From positions 1-29,963 of the forward strand of contig CAZBAQ010000001.1 in assembly GCA_964489855.1 (NCBI GenBank): DNA of 29,963 nucleotides, given 5' to 3'. The number at the start of each line of letters is the position of its first letter. Within the stretch, counting starts at the first letter, position 1. The notes below the pieces were generated by a model, which saw only the letters and a program-made list of their open reading frames with translations, did no database searches and was not told where the DNA came from. The translations under genes were made by a program, and so were the position numbers. Below are positions 14,724-24,732 of the stretch, one piece after another. Source of the DNA: an uncultured Planctomycetia bacterium (GTDB lineage Bacteria > Omnitrophota > Gorgyraeia > Gorgyraeales > Gorgyraeaceae).

Positions 14724-16295
14724 CTATTTTGCATACTCGACTGCCCTCGTCTCCCGAATAACCGTTACCTTTATCTGCCCAGGATACTCGAGCCCCTCTT
14801 CTATTTTCTTGCTTATCTCCCGCGCAAGGCCTATTGCCTGAAGATCCGTGACCTTGTCAGGCTGTATTATCACGCGTATCTCCCTGCCGGCCTGTATTGC
14901 GTACGCCTTTTCAACTCCCTTGAAAGAATCGGCTATTGATTCCAGTTTCTCCAGACGTTTTATATAATTCTCGAGCGTCTCCCTGCGAGCGCCAGGCCTG
15001 GACGCGCTAACTGCGTCAGCAGCCTGTAAAAGCACGGCATAGATAGAAGTCGCCTCTTCTTCCTCGTGGTGAGAAGCTATCGCGCTCACGACATCTTTGG
15101 ACTCGCCGTATTTCTTTGCAAGGTCCGCGCCTATCCTTGCGTGCGGGCCTTCGACCTCATGCGTTACTGCCTTTCCTATATCATGCAAAAGCCCGACGCG
15201 CTTTGCCAGGTTGACATCCAGGCCCAGCTCCCCAGCCATAACAGCCATAATAACACTGACCTCTTTCATATGCTGTAATGCATTCTGGCCATAACTGGTC
15301 CTGTACTTTAATCTGCCTATAAGCTTTATGATCTCGGGATGCACACGCTGGACACCCAGTTCAAACACAGTATGTTCGCCCTCTTCTTTTATGGTATTGT
15401 CCATTTCATGCTTTACCTTTCCCACGACCTCTTCTATGCGTCCAGGGTGAATGCGGCCGTCCTGCAAAAGCCGCTCGAGCGTTATCTTCGCTATCTCGCG
15501 CTTCACCATGTCAAAACCGGATAATATGACAGCCTCCGGTGTATCGTCGATAATAACGTCTATGCCTGTCGCGATTTCAAGCGCGCGTATATTCCTTCCT
15601 TCCCTGCCTATGATCCTTCCCTTCATCTCATCGTTTGGCAGAGCCACAACAGACACGGTCGTGTTAGTCACGTGTTCTGCGGCGCACTTCTGTATTGCGA
15701 CTGAAAGCACCTCTTTTGCCTTTTTATCAGCGGATTCCCTGGACACGCCAACGATCTGCTGAAAAAGTGTCTGCGCCTCTTTTTGCGCATCATCCTCTAT
15801 CCTGCGTAAAAACAATTTCTTTGCCTCTTCAACGCTAAGACCTGATATCCTCTGGAGCTTCTGACGTTCTTCCGCAACAAGCCTGGAAAGCTCGTTCTGT
15901 CTGGACTCGATAGACTTTTCCTTGTCCACCAGAAGACCTTCTCTTCTCGCGATATCCTTGTCCTTTTTCTCAAGGATATCCATTTTACGCTCTACATTTT
16001 CTTCTTTCTGGCCCAGCTTTTTTTCAAGATCCACGAGATCCTGGCGTTTGTCCTTTGTCTCGTGCTCAAAATCCGTACGCATCCTGAACTTTGAATCCTT
16101 TACCTCGAGTTCGAGCTCCTTCTTTTTATTCTCCAATTCCTTTTTTGACTCTTCGAGAAGCCTCTTTGCGCTCTGTTCGGTCTCCTTCAGATGTTTCTCT
16201 GAAAAAAACTTCCTTATAAAATATCCTGCGAAAAACACCAGGATAAAGACCAGTACTTCGATTACAGAGATTATCGTCTTAAGATTTTCCTCCAT
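14724..16295 (-). CDS. rny: Ribonuclease Y (start ATG 16295)
   Basis: N-terminal TM and coiled coil, KH motif [15 protein letters not shown] motif LLHDIGKA; SD AGGAGGT 7 nt upstream. Confidence 0.97.
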   Translation of the reverse strand: MEENLKTIISVIEVLVFILVFFAGYFIRKFFSEKHLKETEQSAKRLLEESKKELENKKKELELEVKDSKFRMRTDFEHETKDKRQDLVDLEKKLGQKEENVERKMDILEKKDKDIARREGLLVDKEKSIESRQNELSRLVAEERQKLQRISGLSVEEAKKLFLRRIEDDAQKEAQTLFQQIVGVSRESADKKAKEVLSVAIQKCAAEHVTNTTVSVVALPNDEMKGRIIGREGRNIRALEIATGIDVIIDDTPEAVILSGFDMVKREIAKITLERLLQDGRIHPGRIEEVVGKVKHEMDNTIKEEGEHTVFELGVQRVHPEIIKLIGRLKYRTSYGQNALQHMKEVSVIMAVMAGELGLDVNLAKRVGLLHDIGKAVTHEVEGPHARIGADLAKKYGESKDVVSAIASHHEEEEATSIYAVLLQAADAVSASRPGARRETLENYIKRLEKLESIADSFKGVEKAYAIQAGREIRVIIQPDKVTDLQAIGLAREISKKIEEGLEYPGQIKVTVIRETRAVEYAK

Positions 16296-16331
16296 GGTGA
16301 ACACCTCCTGATTATATATAAAAGGTACTGC

Positions 16332-16892
16332 CTAGTTGGTTATAACCATGGTAAGAGAGATGTCGTGTCTTGCGGTAGGTATTTTTTTAAACATCTGGAA
16401 TCTAAAGCCTAGGCCTATTTTCGAAGTGCGTCTTGGCAAGCGCTTCAAAAAATTATCGTAATAACCCTGGCCGCGGCCGAGCCGGTTGTGGCGTCTATCA
16501 AATGCAATGCCAGGCACTATTACTAAATCTATATCCTTTAATCTAACAGGTCTTTTGGTCTTAGATACCATCGGTTCGTAAATACCATACGGGCCTTTTT
16601 TAAGTCCCTGCCCAAGACTTCTTAAGCGCACAGGCTTAATCATTTTCTCTCTTCTTGCAGTGGTCGGCAAAACTACCTTTTTGCCCATCTTAAGGGCCTT
16701 TTTTATTACAGCTCCTGTTTCTACCTCGTTGGTTCCCTTTGAAATATAAAGCATCATGTATCTTGATGTCAAAAATTCTTTTTGCTTAAGGAGTTTCTCC
16801 TGTATAATCCTGCTCTTCTTTCTCCTTTCTGAGATTGCCTGATCATTCAGTTTTTCTTTCATCCTTTTTCTTAGGGCTTCTTTTTGCTTCAT
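16332..16892 (-). CDS. ygfA: 5-formyltetrahydrofolate cyclo-ligase
   Basis: K..LR..M, EV.T, GIYEP, DLVIVPGIAFD...RLGRGQGYYD. Confidence 0.93.
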   Translation of the reverse strand: MKQKEALRKRMKEKLNDQAISERRKKSRIIQEKLLKQKEFLTSRYMMLYISKGTNEVETGAVIKKALKMGKKVVLPTTARREKMIKPVRLRSLGQGLKKGPYGIYEPMVSKTKRPVRLKDIDLVIVPGIAFDRRHNRLGRGQGYYDNFLKRLPRRTSKIGLGFRFQMFKKIPTARHDISLTMVITN

Positions 16893-17284
16893 GCTGCCTT
16901 ACCGTGTTTTTTCAGATAATCATCGATTGCTGACTTGAGCGCCTCTTCTGCAAGTAACGAACAGTGCATTTTTATAGAAGGTAACCCGCCTAATGCTTCT
17001 GCTACAGCCCTGTTGGAAATCTTCTTTGCTTCGTCAATGGACTTACCCTTGACAAGATCTGTGATCATGCTGCTCGTGGCTATAGCCGCGCCGCATCCGA
17101 ACGTTTTAAATTTTGCATCCACAATCACTTCATTCTCAACTTTAATGTAAAGCCTCATGATATCGCCGCAAACAGGATTACCGACATTGCCAATACCATC
17201 CGCGTCAGGGATCTCGCCAACATTCCTTGGATTTTTAAAATGCTCCATTACCTTTTCACTGTATTGTGAAGTAAAACCTTCCAT
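16889..17284 (-). CDS. iscU: Fe-S cluster scaffold IscU/NifU N-terminal type
   Basis: YSEKVMEHF.NPRNVG, GNPVCGD, FKTFGCGAAIA, KMHCS. Confidence 0.93.
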   Translation of the reverse strand: MEGFTSQYSEKVMEHFKNPRNVGEIPDADGIGNVGNPVCGDIMRLYIKVENEVIVDAKFKTFGCGAAIATSSMITDLVKGKSIDEAKKISNRAVAEALGGLPSIKMHCSLLAEEALKSAIDDYLKKHGKAA

Positions 17285-17291
17285 AATATCA

Positions 17292-17954
17292 TCACCCCTG
17301 TTTTTCTAATTTAACCTCCCTGGGTTTATTCAGTTTAGAATAATCCTTTGGGGGTCTTGTCTTTTTCATATTATCAATCATGTTCAGCTCCTTAAGCCGG
17401 TTGTATATCAATATCCATGCGCAGTCCTTGTCTTTGTCCACTTCGCATTTTCCCTTATCTGAGCCGCCGCATGGCCCGTTCAAAAGGCCCTTTGCGCATC
17501 GCGTAACAGGACATATCCCGCCTGTAATATTAAGCACACACTCTCCGCACATAGCGCAGCGCTCAGACATCACAAGCCCTGTCATATCCACAACAGACCC
17601 GAACAGCGTGTCGCAACCCGTATACACAGGCCTTTTAGCCCTGTCATTGTCAAGCACAGACTGTGTCCCCAGGCCACACGCCAGCACCAAAAACGCCTCT
17701 GCCTCGTCTATGGCCTTTTTGTTTTTGGCAAAGTTGAGTTTTACCTGGCTTGATATACACGGGGCGTCAGGTATCGTCCATCCTGTCACTATCTTTCCTT
17801 TATCCTCGAGGAGTTTTTTCATCTCCAGCACTTCTTTTTCGCTGCCGGTCCTACACGTGGTGGCGCACAGGCCGCATCCTATTATGAAGATCTTTTTTTT
17901 AGGACCTATCGCTTCTAATATATCTTTAAATTCTTTTTTCTGCGAGACTATCAT
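17292..17954 (-). CDS. MetV-like protein (methylenetetrahydrofolate reductase C-terminal domain, Cys-rich)
   Basis: IIGCGLCATTC, LACG.G, ERC.MCGEC...TGGICPVTRCAKGLLNGPCGG...GKCEV....C.W..IY.RL. Confidence 0.8.
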   Translation of the reverse strand: MIVSQKKEFKDILEAIGPKKKIFIIGCGLCATTCRTGSEKEVLEMKKLLEDKGKIVTGWTIPDAPCISSQVKLNFAKNKKAIDEAEAFLVLACGLGTQSVLDNDRAKRPVYTGCDTLFGSVVDMTGLVMSERCAMCGECVLNITGGICPVTRCAKGLLNGPCGGSDKGKCEVDKDKDCAWILIYNRLKELNMIDNMKKTRPPKDYSKLNKPREVKLEKQG

Positions 17955-17964
17955 AAAAGCTCCT

Positions 17965-18041
17965 CAAATTTTGCGAAGCAAAATTTGACCCCGAACAACC
18001 ATCAAACCTGCTGGTATGCTGCGAGGGGTAAATCTTAAAGT
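17965..18041. repeat. Structured 77-bp segment flanked by AGCTCCT direct repeats
   Basis: CAAATTTTGC-GAA-GCAAAATTTG perfect palindrome (17965-17987); ATTTGACCCC...GGGGTAAAT inverted repeat; AGCTCCT at 17958-17964 and 18042-18048. Confidence 0.6.
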
Positions 18042-18544
18042 AGCTCCTTTATATCATTTTCAAAGACTTCTTTATCCCTGTATCCCATATATCTTTTTCT
18101 TATGTTGCCGTCCCTGTCTATGACAAATGTCGTGGGAATGGATATTATGCCGCCGTATGAATCAGTGACTCTATCGTCCTGCAATAAAAGTGTATAATTC
18201 ATGTTATTTTCTTCAGCAAAAAGAGGCACTATCCTCTCTCCATTCCAATCCACAGAGATACCCACGACCTCGAGTCCTTTATTTTTATATTCATCCTGGA
18301 GTTCTATAAAATGCGGTATCTCCGCGATGCATGGCGGGCACCACGTGGCCCAGAAATCAAGTATAACTACCCTCCCCCTAAAGTCTGACAGGCTTACCTT
18401 ATTACCATTGATATCCGAAAGACTAAACTCGGGCGCCTGTTTATAGATCACCTCCGGGACTTTATGCATTGCATTGACCCAGACTAAAATCAGAATGGCA
18501 ATAGAGACTAAAACACCTATAACAATGACTGCTTTTTTACTCAT
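18035..18544 (-). CDS. TlpA/ResA-family membrane-anchored thioredoxin-like protein (start ATG 18544)
   Basis: N-terminal TM, APEFSL, LDFWATWCPPC..EIP, IPTTFVIDRDG. Confidence 0.92.
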   Translation of the reverse strand: MSKKAVIVIGVLVSIAILILVWVNAMHKVPEVIYKQAPEFSLSDINGNKVSLSDFRGRVVILDFWATWCPPCIAEIPHFIELQDEYKNKGLEVVGISVDWNGERIVPLFAEENNMNYTLLLQDDRVTDSYGGIISIPTTFVIDRDGNIRKRYMGYRDKEVFENDIKELL

Positions 18545-18545
18545 A

Positions 18546-19271
18546 TCATCCCCTGTATGCGGCAATAATACCGCTTAGCCTAGAAAACTGCCCTGTAAAA
18601 AGAAGCGTTCCCACGATCACCAGAAATACACCTGTAACGATAGGCACAAATTTCATAAAATTCTTGAAGCGGTTAAATATAAAAAGAAACTGGTTTATTG
18701 CAAGACTCGCTACAAAAAACGGGACGCCTAACCCCATTGAATAAAAACATAATAGCATTATTGCCCTTGGCAGGCTCTCGAGGGTAGAAGCGTATATAAG
18801 TATGCTCGAGAGGATCGGGCCCACGCAGGGTGTCCAGCCCACGGCAAATGCCATACCTACTAATAGAGAACCGAAATAACCCGCTTTCTTTTTATTAAAA
18901 CTCAGGTTTTTTTCGCGATTCAAAAACCCCAGTCTCAATGCCCCTGATATATGCAACCCGAATAATATTATAAGAATTCCTCCTATCTTCTCAAACAATG
19001 TCTTTCTTAGGCCAAAAAAACTACCCAGGTACGCGAATGTCACACCGAAAAGGATAAATACTATAGAGAATCCCAATATGAAAAACAGGGAATGCATGGC
19101 CGTGACCCTTCTTATATTGGAAGAAGGGCTCAGCGTCTTTATATCCTCAAAGGACTTACCTGTAATATACGTTATATATGAGGGAAAAAGAGGTAGGATG
19201 CATGGAGAAAGAAACGTCAAGACCCCGGCGACAAAAGATATAACGATAGAGACTTCGCTAGTATTAGTCAT
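18546..19271 (-). CDS. ccdA: Cytochrome c biogenesis/disulfide relay protein CcdA
   Basis: FLSPCILPLFPSY and GWTPCVGPIL motifs, multiple TM segments. Confidence 0.93.
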   Translation of the reverse strand: MTNTSEVSIVISFVAGVLTFLSPCILPLFPSYITYITGKSFEDIKTLSPSSNIRRVTAMHSLFFILGFSIVFILFGVTFAYLGSFFGLRKTLFEKIGGILIILFGLHISGALRLGFLNREKNLSFNKKKAGYFGSLLVGMAFAVGWTPCVGPILSSILIYASTLESLPRAIMLLCFYSMGLGVPFFVASLAINQFLFIFNRFKNFMKFVPIVTGVFLVIVGTLLFTGQFSRLSGIIAAYRG

Positions 19272-19288
19272 GTATTCTCCTAGGGAGT

Positions 19289-19513
19289 TTACTTTCGCGA
19301 AGCCCTGACCCTTATTATATCCTGCTGCGCCCTTATGTCCTCAAGTCGCGCTATTATATCCTGCTGGTTCTTTAAAACTTCGTCTATCTTCTCTGAAACA
19401 ACACCATCTGTCTTTGAGGATTTCTGCTCCTTAGTAAATCCCTTTATTGACAAAACCCCCAGAGACATTATGATTGCCAGAAAAAGTGATAAAAACCATG
19501 CCTTTCTTGCCAT
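19289..19513 (-). CDS. Small hypothetical protein with signal peptide/TM and coiled coil (74 aa; start ATG 19513)
   Basis: SD GAGGTG upstream of the ATG; hydrophobic N-terminus, then heptad-like KIDEVLKNQQDIIARLEDIR. Confidence 0.75.
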   Translation of the reverse strand: MARKAWFLSLFLAIIMSLGVLSIKGFTKEQKSSKTDGVVSEKIDEVLKNQQDIIARLEDIRAQQDIIRVRASRK

Positions 19514-19538
19514 ATAACACCTCTTTTTCTCAAGTCTT

Positions 19539-19567
19539 ATTATAGCAAAAACTGCCCCTTCCGTCAA
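19539..19567 (-). promoter_or_regulatory. Sigma70-type promoter of the small ORF-ccdA-tlpA unit
   Basis: TTGACG (19567-19562), 17 nt, TATAAT (19544-19539). Confidence 0.8.
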
Positions 19568-19574
19568 CCCCCTC

Positions 19575-19614
19575 TTAAGTTGACAAATCTGACACGTTCA
19601 TTTTGTCAACTTAA
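19575..19614. repeat. 40-bp TTAA-bounded inverted-repeat element, copy 1
   Basis: TTAAGTTGACAAA...TTTGTCAACTTAA; the reverse complement matches 26288-26327 with one mismatch. Confidence 0.93.
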
Positions 19615-19615
19615 G

Positions 19616-21313
19616 CTAAAGGTGCAGCTTGCTGAGGGGCCCAGTATTCAAGACATCCTTTTTCTCTAGCCATCCCCGGCGGGCTACTGACACGCCGTAT
19701 TTCATTGTATCCAACTGTTCTACGATGTGGGCATCTGTATTTATCACGAGTTTTACGCCAAGATCCTTTGCCATGCGAGAACTTATATCATTCAAATCCA
19801 GGCGCTGTGGAAAGCTATTTATCTCAAGCGCAGTATCAGTATCTTTACAGACCTTTAATATCTCCTCCAGGTCCACCTCGTATGCCTCTCTCGCGCCCCA
19901 TAACCTGCCGGTAAGATGCGCTATCATATGGACATATTTATTCTGGCACGCCTTTATAATACGTTTTGTCAGTCTCTCCTTTGACTGCTTGAATCCTAGA
20001 TGTATAGCGCCTATCACCACATCCATCTCTTTTAAAATATCGTCGGGGTAATCAAGTCTCCCTTCTGAATCAATGTCCACCTCTGCGCCGAATAAAATCC
20101 TGACGCCTTTATGCTTTTTGTTTAGCTTCTCTATTTCTTTTCTCTTAAGTTTTAGCTCGTCTTTATTAAGGCCGCCTGCTATCTTCAGCCCCTGGGAATG
20201 ATCGGTAATAGCAATATACTCATACCCCAGTCCTCTTGCCTTTAAAACTATATCTTCGATAGAGCTTCCACCGTCAGACCATCTTGAATGTACATGTAAA
20301 TCACCCTTTATATCTCCCAACTCTACAAGTCTTGGTAATTTTTTCTTGATACTGGCCTCGATCTCGCCCCTGTCCTCTCTTAGCTCAGGCGGGATATACT
20401 CCAACCCTAGACCTTTATACATCTGGAGTTCTGTTTCTCCTGCCAACTGCTTTTCCCCTTTGAACAATCCATATTCATTCAGCTTTAATCCTTTTTTTAT
20501 AGCGGCCTGACGCAATCTTATATTATGCGCCTTTGAGCCGGTAAAATACATAAGAGCCGCTCCGTAAGATGTATCCTTTACCACTCTCACATCCACCCGT
20601 ACATTATCTTCTGTAACTATTGAAGATTTTGTAGGACCTTTTGCCAGGACATCTTTTACAGAAACCAGCGTCGTAAACTTATCCATGACCTTTTCCGGTT
20701 TTTTCGACGAGACCAGTATATCGATATCCCTTACGGTATCCTTCATCCTCCTGAGGCTTCCGGCCGTATTTATATTTTTTACATCTTTTAATCTTTCAAG
20801 CTGAGCGATAAATAAACCAGCCACATCTGTCGCTGTTTTTAAATCCATCCTGTCATGCCCGCGCTTGACAAGCTCTATACCGCGCAGGATATTTTCTTCG
20901 GTCTTCTCTTTTATGCCAGGAAGGCCTTTTATCTTTCCGGAATGCGCCATTCTCTCCAGCATTACTATGTCGCGTATTCCGAGTCTCTCGTGTAATAGTT
21001 TTGCTGTCTTCGGACCTATGCCTGGTATGGTCAATATATCCAAAAGTCCTTTAGGTATATTCTTTTTTAATTCCTCCAGGTATTTAAGCTTATCTGTTAA
21101 AACGATCTCTTTTATCTTCTCTTCCAGATCCTTGCCAATGCCAGGGATGCTCTTCAGGCGATCCTCTTTGACAAAGACCCCTATATCCTCCGGGATAGAT
21201 TCTATATTCTGCGCGGCCCGTTCGTACGCCCGTATCCTGAAGCGATTCTCACCCTTTATCTCCAGGATCTGCGCGATCTTTCTAAATATGTCTGCTACGT
21301 CCCGATTCTTCAC
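19616..21313 (-). CDS. polX: DNA polymerase X with PHP domain
   Basis: ENRFRIRAYERAA, HhH motifs IPGIG, GSLRR, RDIDIL, FTGSKAHN, PHP motif DLHVHS.WSDG. Confidence 0.96.
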   Translation of the reverse strand: MKNRDVADIFRKIAQILEIKGENRFRIRAYERAAQNIESIPEDIGVFVKEDRLKSIPGIGKDLEEKIKEIVLTDKLKYLEELKKNIPKGLLDILTIPGIGPKTAKLLHERLGIRDIVMLERMAHSGKIKGLPGIKEKTEENILRGIELVKRGHDRMDLKTATDVAGLFIAQLERLKDVKNINTAGSLRRMKDTVRDIDILVSSKKPEKVMDKFTTLVSVKDVLAKGPTKSSIVTEDNVRVDVRVVKDTSYGAALMYFTGSKAHNIRLRQAAIKKGLKLNEYGLFKGEKQLAGETELQMYKGLGLEYIPPELREDRGEIEASIKKKLPRLVELGDIKGDLHVHSRWSDGGSSIEDIVLKARGLGYEYIAITDHSQGLKIAGGLNKDELKLKRKEIEKLNKKHKGVRILFGAEVDIDSEGRLDYPDDILKEMDVVIGAIHLGFKQSKERLTKRIIKACQNKYVHMIAHLTGRLWGAREAYEVDLEEILKVCKDTDTALEINSFPQRLDLNDISSRMAKDLGVKLVINTDAHIVEQLDTMKYGVSVARRGWLEKKDVLNTGPLSKLHL

Positions 21314-21385
21314 AATATAAGTATTTTAGCATAGATTTCCCCATGCATAAAGTGTATAATACCTCTGAAAGGTCAGGTAATAAAT

Positions 21386-22957
21386 ATGATACTTAAATTC
21401 TTGCGGAAGAAAAAGAACATGAAGAGGATAATATGGGGGCTGGCGATACTCATAATACCCGCGTTTGTTATATGGGGGGCTGGCGCAAACAAGGGAGACA
21501 AAAAAGGCCCGAGTTATGCCGGAAAGGTATTCAGCAGAAAAGTCTCTCTCGATGAATATTTTAATATGTGGCAGGTTACGCGGGATTATGCAATAAAGAC
21601 ATTCGGAAACAACGTGCCTCCTGAATTTATCGACCAGATGGCATGGAGCCGCATACTGCTTTTAGAAAAGACGAAAAAAGAGCGGATAGTTGTAAACGAC
21701 AGGGAGGTAGTCGAGGTGATCGCCTCCTACCCTGCATTTCAGCGAAACTCTAGCTTTGATAAGAAGCTTTATAAATCAATGGTCGGAGACAACGCCAGGG
21801 GCTTCGAGGAAAGGATAAGGGACGACATCCTTATCTCTAAGCTCAGAGAAAAAATTACTAAAGATATTTCTGCAAGCGACGACGAGATAAAAAATGAATA
21901 CAGAAAAAAATTTGAAAAAATAAAATCCTCCTATATCTCGATGCCATTCTCTGAATTTGAAAAGGATGTCCAATACCAGGAACCTGACCTCTTAAGATTT
22001 TATGAAGCGGACAAGACCCTGTTCCAAAAACCTGAAGAAAGAAACATAATGTATATTGAGATACCTCTTTCAAGGTTTGACAAAGAAATATATATCTCGG
22101 AGGATCAGATAAAAAGGTATTTCGAGGAACATCTCTCCGATTATAAAAATCCGGACTCTGAAGACATGCCGCAATTAAATGAGGAAATTAAAAAAGAGAT
22201 AGGTGATAAACTCTCACTCCAGAGAAAAGCCTCGCTCGCGGAAGAATTAGCCTACAAGGCGCTGGATACCGTAATTGAAAAAAAGGAACTGAAAGAAGCC
22301 GGCCGCTCGTTCGCGCTGGAGATAAAAGATACGGGTTTTTTTAACATGCAGGAAGAGGTCCCTGGCATCGGCTGGTCATACGAATTCACCGGAAGGGCCT
22401 TTGACTTAAAACCAGGCGAGATCTCGCATATGCTTATAAAGACCGCCAGCGGTTTCTACATTATACAATTAAAGGAGAAAAAACCTCTTTATATACCGGT
22501 ATTTAAAGAAGCGGGGGATAGTGTAAAAAAAGCATACGTCCAAAATAAATCTGTAGAACTTTGCGAAAAAGAAGCTAAAAAACTCTACTCAACTATAAAG
22601 AATAAACTGGATAACGGACTATCTTTTGAAGATGCTGCAAAAGAGATCGGAAAGGAATTAAATACTACTGAGCTTCTGACGCGCGAGAGCTACATACCCG
22701 GACTTGGCCCTGCCATGGATTTTGTCGAAAATGCCGTCTCTCTGGAAAATAACGAAATAGCCGGCCCTGTAAAAATGGCTGAGAGCTGGGTCATTTTAAG
22801 ACTTGACGAATATCAGGATGTAGACGAGGATAAATTTACAGAGGAAAAGGATGATTTCAGGGAAAATCTTTTATCGCGTAAGAAAGAAGAAAGTTTCGGT
22901 AAATATTTTGAAGCATTGAAAAAAGAGGCAGATTTTATAAGTTATATCGTGGAATAA
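21386..22957 (+). CDS. SurA N-terminal/PpiD-like membrane-anchored chaperone with rotamase-like regions
   Basis: N-terminal TM (IIWGLAILIIPAFVIWG), SurA_N-like helical region, C-terminal PPIase-like segments (AF.LKPGEIS...SGFYII). Confidence 0.8.
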   Translation: MILKFLRKKKNMKRIIWGLAILIIPAFVIWGAGANKGDKKGPSYAGKVFSRKVSLDEYFNMWQVTRDYAIKTFGNNVPPEFIDQMAWSRILLLEKTKKERIVVNDREVVEVIASYPAFQRNSSFDKKLYKSMVGDNARGFEERIRDDILISKLREKITKDISASDDEIKNEYRKKFEKIKSSYISMPFSEFEKDVQYQEPDLLRFYEADKTLFQKPEERNIMYIEIPLSRFDKEIYISEDQIKRYFEEHLSDYKNPDSEDMPQLNEEIKKEIGDKLSLQRKASLAEELAYKALDTVIEKKELKEAGRSFALEIKDTGFFNMQEEVPGIGWSYEFTGRAFDLKPGEISHMLIKTASGFYIIQLKEKKPLYIPVFKEAGDSVKKAYVQNKSVELCEKEAKKLYSTIKNKLDNGLSFEDAAKEIGKELNTTELLTRESYIPGLGPAMDFVENAVSLENNEIAGPVKMAESWVILRLDEYQDVDEDKFTEEKDDFRENLLSRKKEESFGKYFEALKKEADFISYIVE

Positions 22958-22961
22958 CCGA

Positions 22962-23417
22962 TCATTTGTGGCTTAAAAGACCTTTTAGCTCCTTCATAAA
23001 CTGGTTTATATCCTTGAACTGGCGATACACAGAAGCGAATCTCACGTAGGCAACCTCGTCCAGACCATACAAGAGTTCCATTAAAAGCTCCCCTACCGCG
23101 CTCGCCTCTACTTCTTTCTCAAATTTACTCTGAAGCGTATGTTCTATCCTGTCCACTAGCTCCTCGAGCTGCTGCGTGCTTATCGGCCTTTTTTCACACG
23201 CTTTTTGAATACCGGCCAGGATCTTTTTTCTGTCAAACGGTTCGCGCCTCCCGTCCTTTTTTATCACCATTAAAGACGCCTCTTCTATGTTCTCATATGT
23301 CGTAAAGCGCCTTTTACACTTGAGACACTCCCTGCGCCTTCGGATCGAACGACCTTCTTCAGAAGAACGCGAATCGATTACCTTGTCTTCCTTGTGACCG
23401 CAGAATGGGCATTTCAT
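22962..23417 (-). CDS. nrdR: Transcriptional repressor NrdR
   Basis: MKCPFC...[24 protein letters not shown] cone, [15 protein letters not shown]. Confidence 0.98.
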   Translation of the reverse strand: MKCPFCGHKEDKVIDSRSSEEGRSIRRRRECLKCKRRFTTYENIEEASLMVIKKDGRREPFDRKKILAGIQKACEKRPISTQQLEELVDRIEHTLQSKFEKEVEASAVGELLMELLYGLDEVAYVRFASVYRQFKDINQFMKELKGLLSHK

Positions 23418-23432
23418 AAAAACTCTCCTTTT

Positions 23433-23482
23433 TGTTCAAGGCTAAGCCTTGAACAGGTCTGTTCAAGGCTTAGCCTTGAACA
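23433..23482. repeat. Inverted doublet of the 23-bp palindrome; supplies the last codons and stop of glyA
   Basis: TGTTCAAGGC-TAA-GCCTTGAACA, GGTC, TGTTCAAGGC-TTA-GCCTTGAACA. Confidence 0.95.
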
Positions 23483-24719
23483 ACGCAGAATAAAGAGGAA
23501 ATTTCTTGAGAAGTTCGGACGAGCGTTTAGCGCACCCATCCAATGTCAGGGAATCGTTTTTCTTTGTGAGCGCCATATCTATGATCTCCGCTATTTCCTT
23601 CATCTCCTGCTCTTTCATGCCTCTCGTAGTAACCGCAGGCGTGCCCAGCCTTATGCCGCTTGTGACTGAAGGGCCCTTTTTATCAAAAGGTATCAGGTTT
23701 TTATTGACAGTTATATGGACTTTATCAAGGATCAATGCTGCTTCCTTTCCGGAAATGCCTTTTGGATTCAAATCCACCAGCAAAAGGTGCGTGTCTGTGC
23801 CGCCGGAGACTATCCTGAAACCAGAGCCCTCGAGAGACCTTGCCAGGGCCTTTGAATTTTTTACGATCCGAGATTGATATTCCTTAAATTCTTTTCCCTG
23901 CGCCTGTTTGAATGCCACTGCCTTTGCGGCTATGATATGCATCAAAGGCCCGCCTTGAACACCAGGAAAGACCTCTGCGTCTATCTTTTTCGCAAATTCC
24001 CTGCGGCAGAGTATAAAGCCGCCCCTGGGACCGCGCAAGGTCTTGTGCGTGGTAGCGCTAACCACATCTGCATGAGGCACCGGGTTTGGATGAAATCCCG
24101 CAGCCACAAGTCCTGCAAAATGCGCCATGTCCACAAAAAGATACGCGCCCACAGAGTCTGCGATTTCCCTGAATTTCTTAAAATCTATTGCCCGCGGATA
24201 TGCGCTCGCGCCGGCCACGATCATCTTTGGCCTGTGCTTCTTTGCGAGCGCTGCCACTTCATCATAATCGATCTCTTCTGTCTTTTTATTCACGCCGTAG
24301 GATATAAAATTATACAACCTTCCTGAAAAATTATGCGCCAGGCCATGCGATAGATGCCCGCCGCATGCAAGGTCCATTGCGAGCACTGTATCGCCTGGCT
24401 TAAGAAGTGCGAAGTACACAGCCATGTTTGCCTGCGTACCTGAATGCGGCTGCACATTGGCATGACCTGCGCCAAAAAGCTCCTTTGCCCTCTTGACTGC
24501 CAGGCGCTCTGCATCATCAACATTCTCGCAGCCGCCATACCAGCGCTTTGCCGGATACCCCTCGGCATATTTGTTGGTCAACACAGACCCTTGCGCCTCC
24601 AGGACAGCCATGCTTGCAAAATTCTCGCTCGCTATAAGCTCGATGCTGTCCTGCTGCCGTCTCAATTCCTTTTGTATAACCTCGAAAATCTCCGGATCGA
24701 TCTTCTTTAACACACTCAT
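23463..24719 (-). CDS. glyA: Serine hydroxymethyltransferase
   Basis: [56 protein letters not shown]. Confidence 0.98.
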   Translation of the reverse strand: MSVLKKIDPEIFEVIQKELRRQQDSIELIASENFASMAVLEAQGSVLTNKYAEGYPAKRWYGGCENVDDAERLAVKRAKELFGAGHANVQPHSGTQANMAVYFALLKPGDTVLAMDLACGGHLSHGLAHNFSGRLYNFISYGVNKKTEEIDYDEVAALAKKHRPKMIVAGASAYPRAIDFKKFREIADSVGAYLFVDMAHFAGLVAAGFHPNPVPHADVVSATTHKTLRGPRGGFILCRREFAKKIDAEVFPGVQGGPLMHIIAAKAVAFKQAQGKEFKEYQSRIVKNSKALARSLEGSGFRIVSGGTDTHLLLVDLNPKGISGKEAALILDKVHITVNKNLIPFDKKGPSVTSGIRLGTPAVTTRGMKEQEMKEIAEIIDMALTKKNDSLTLDGCAKRSSELLKKFPLYSALFKAKP

Positions 24720-24732
24720 CTCGCCCTCTCCC

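Noticed and set aside
16889-16900. 6S RNA upstream of ygfA, as in many bacteria
   Set aside because: iscU overlaps the ygfA start (ATGA), which leaves no room.
21314-21385. Specific divergent promoter calls for polX and the SurA-like gene
   Set aside because: -10-like hexamers are present (TAAAAT minus, TATAAT plus), but I found no convincing -35 or extended -10.
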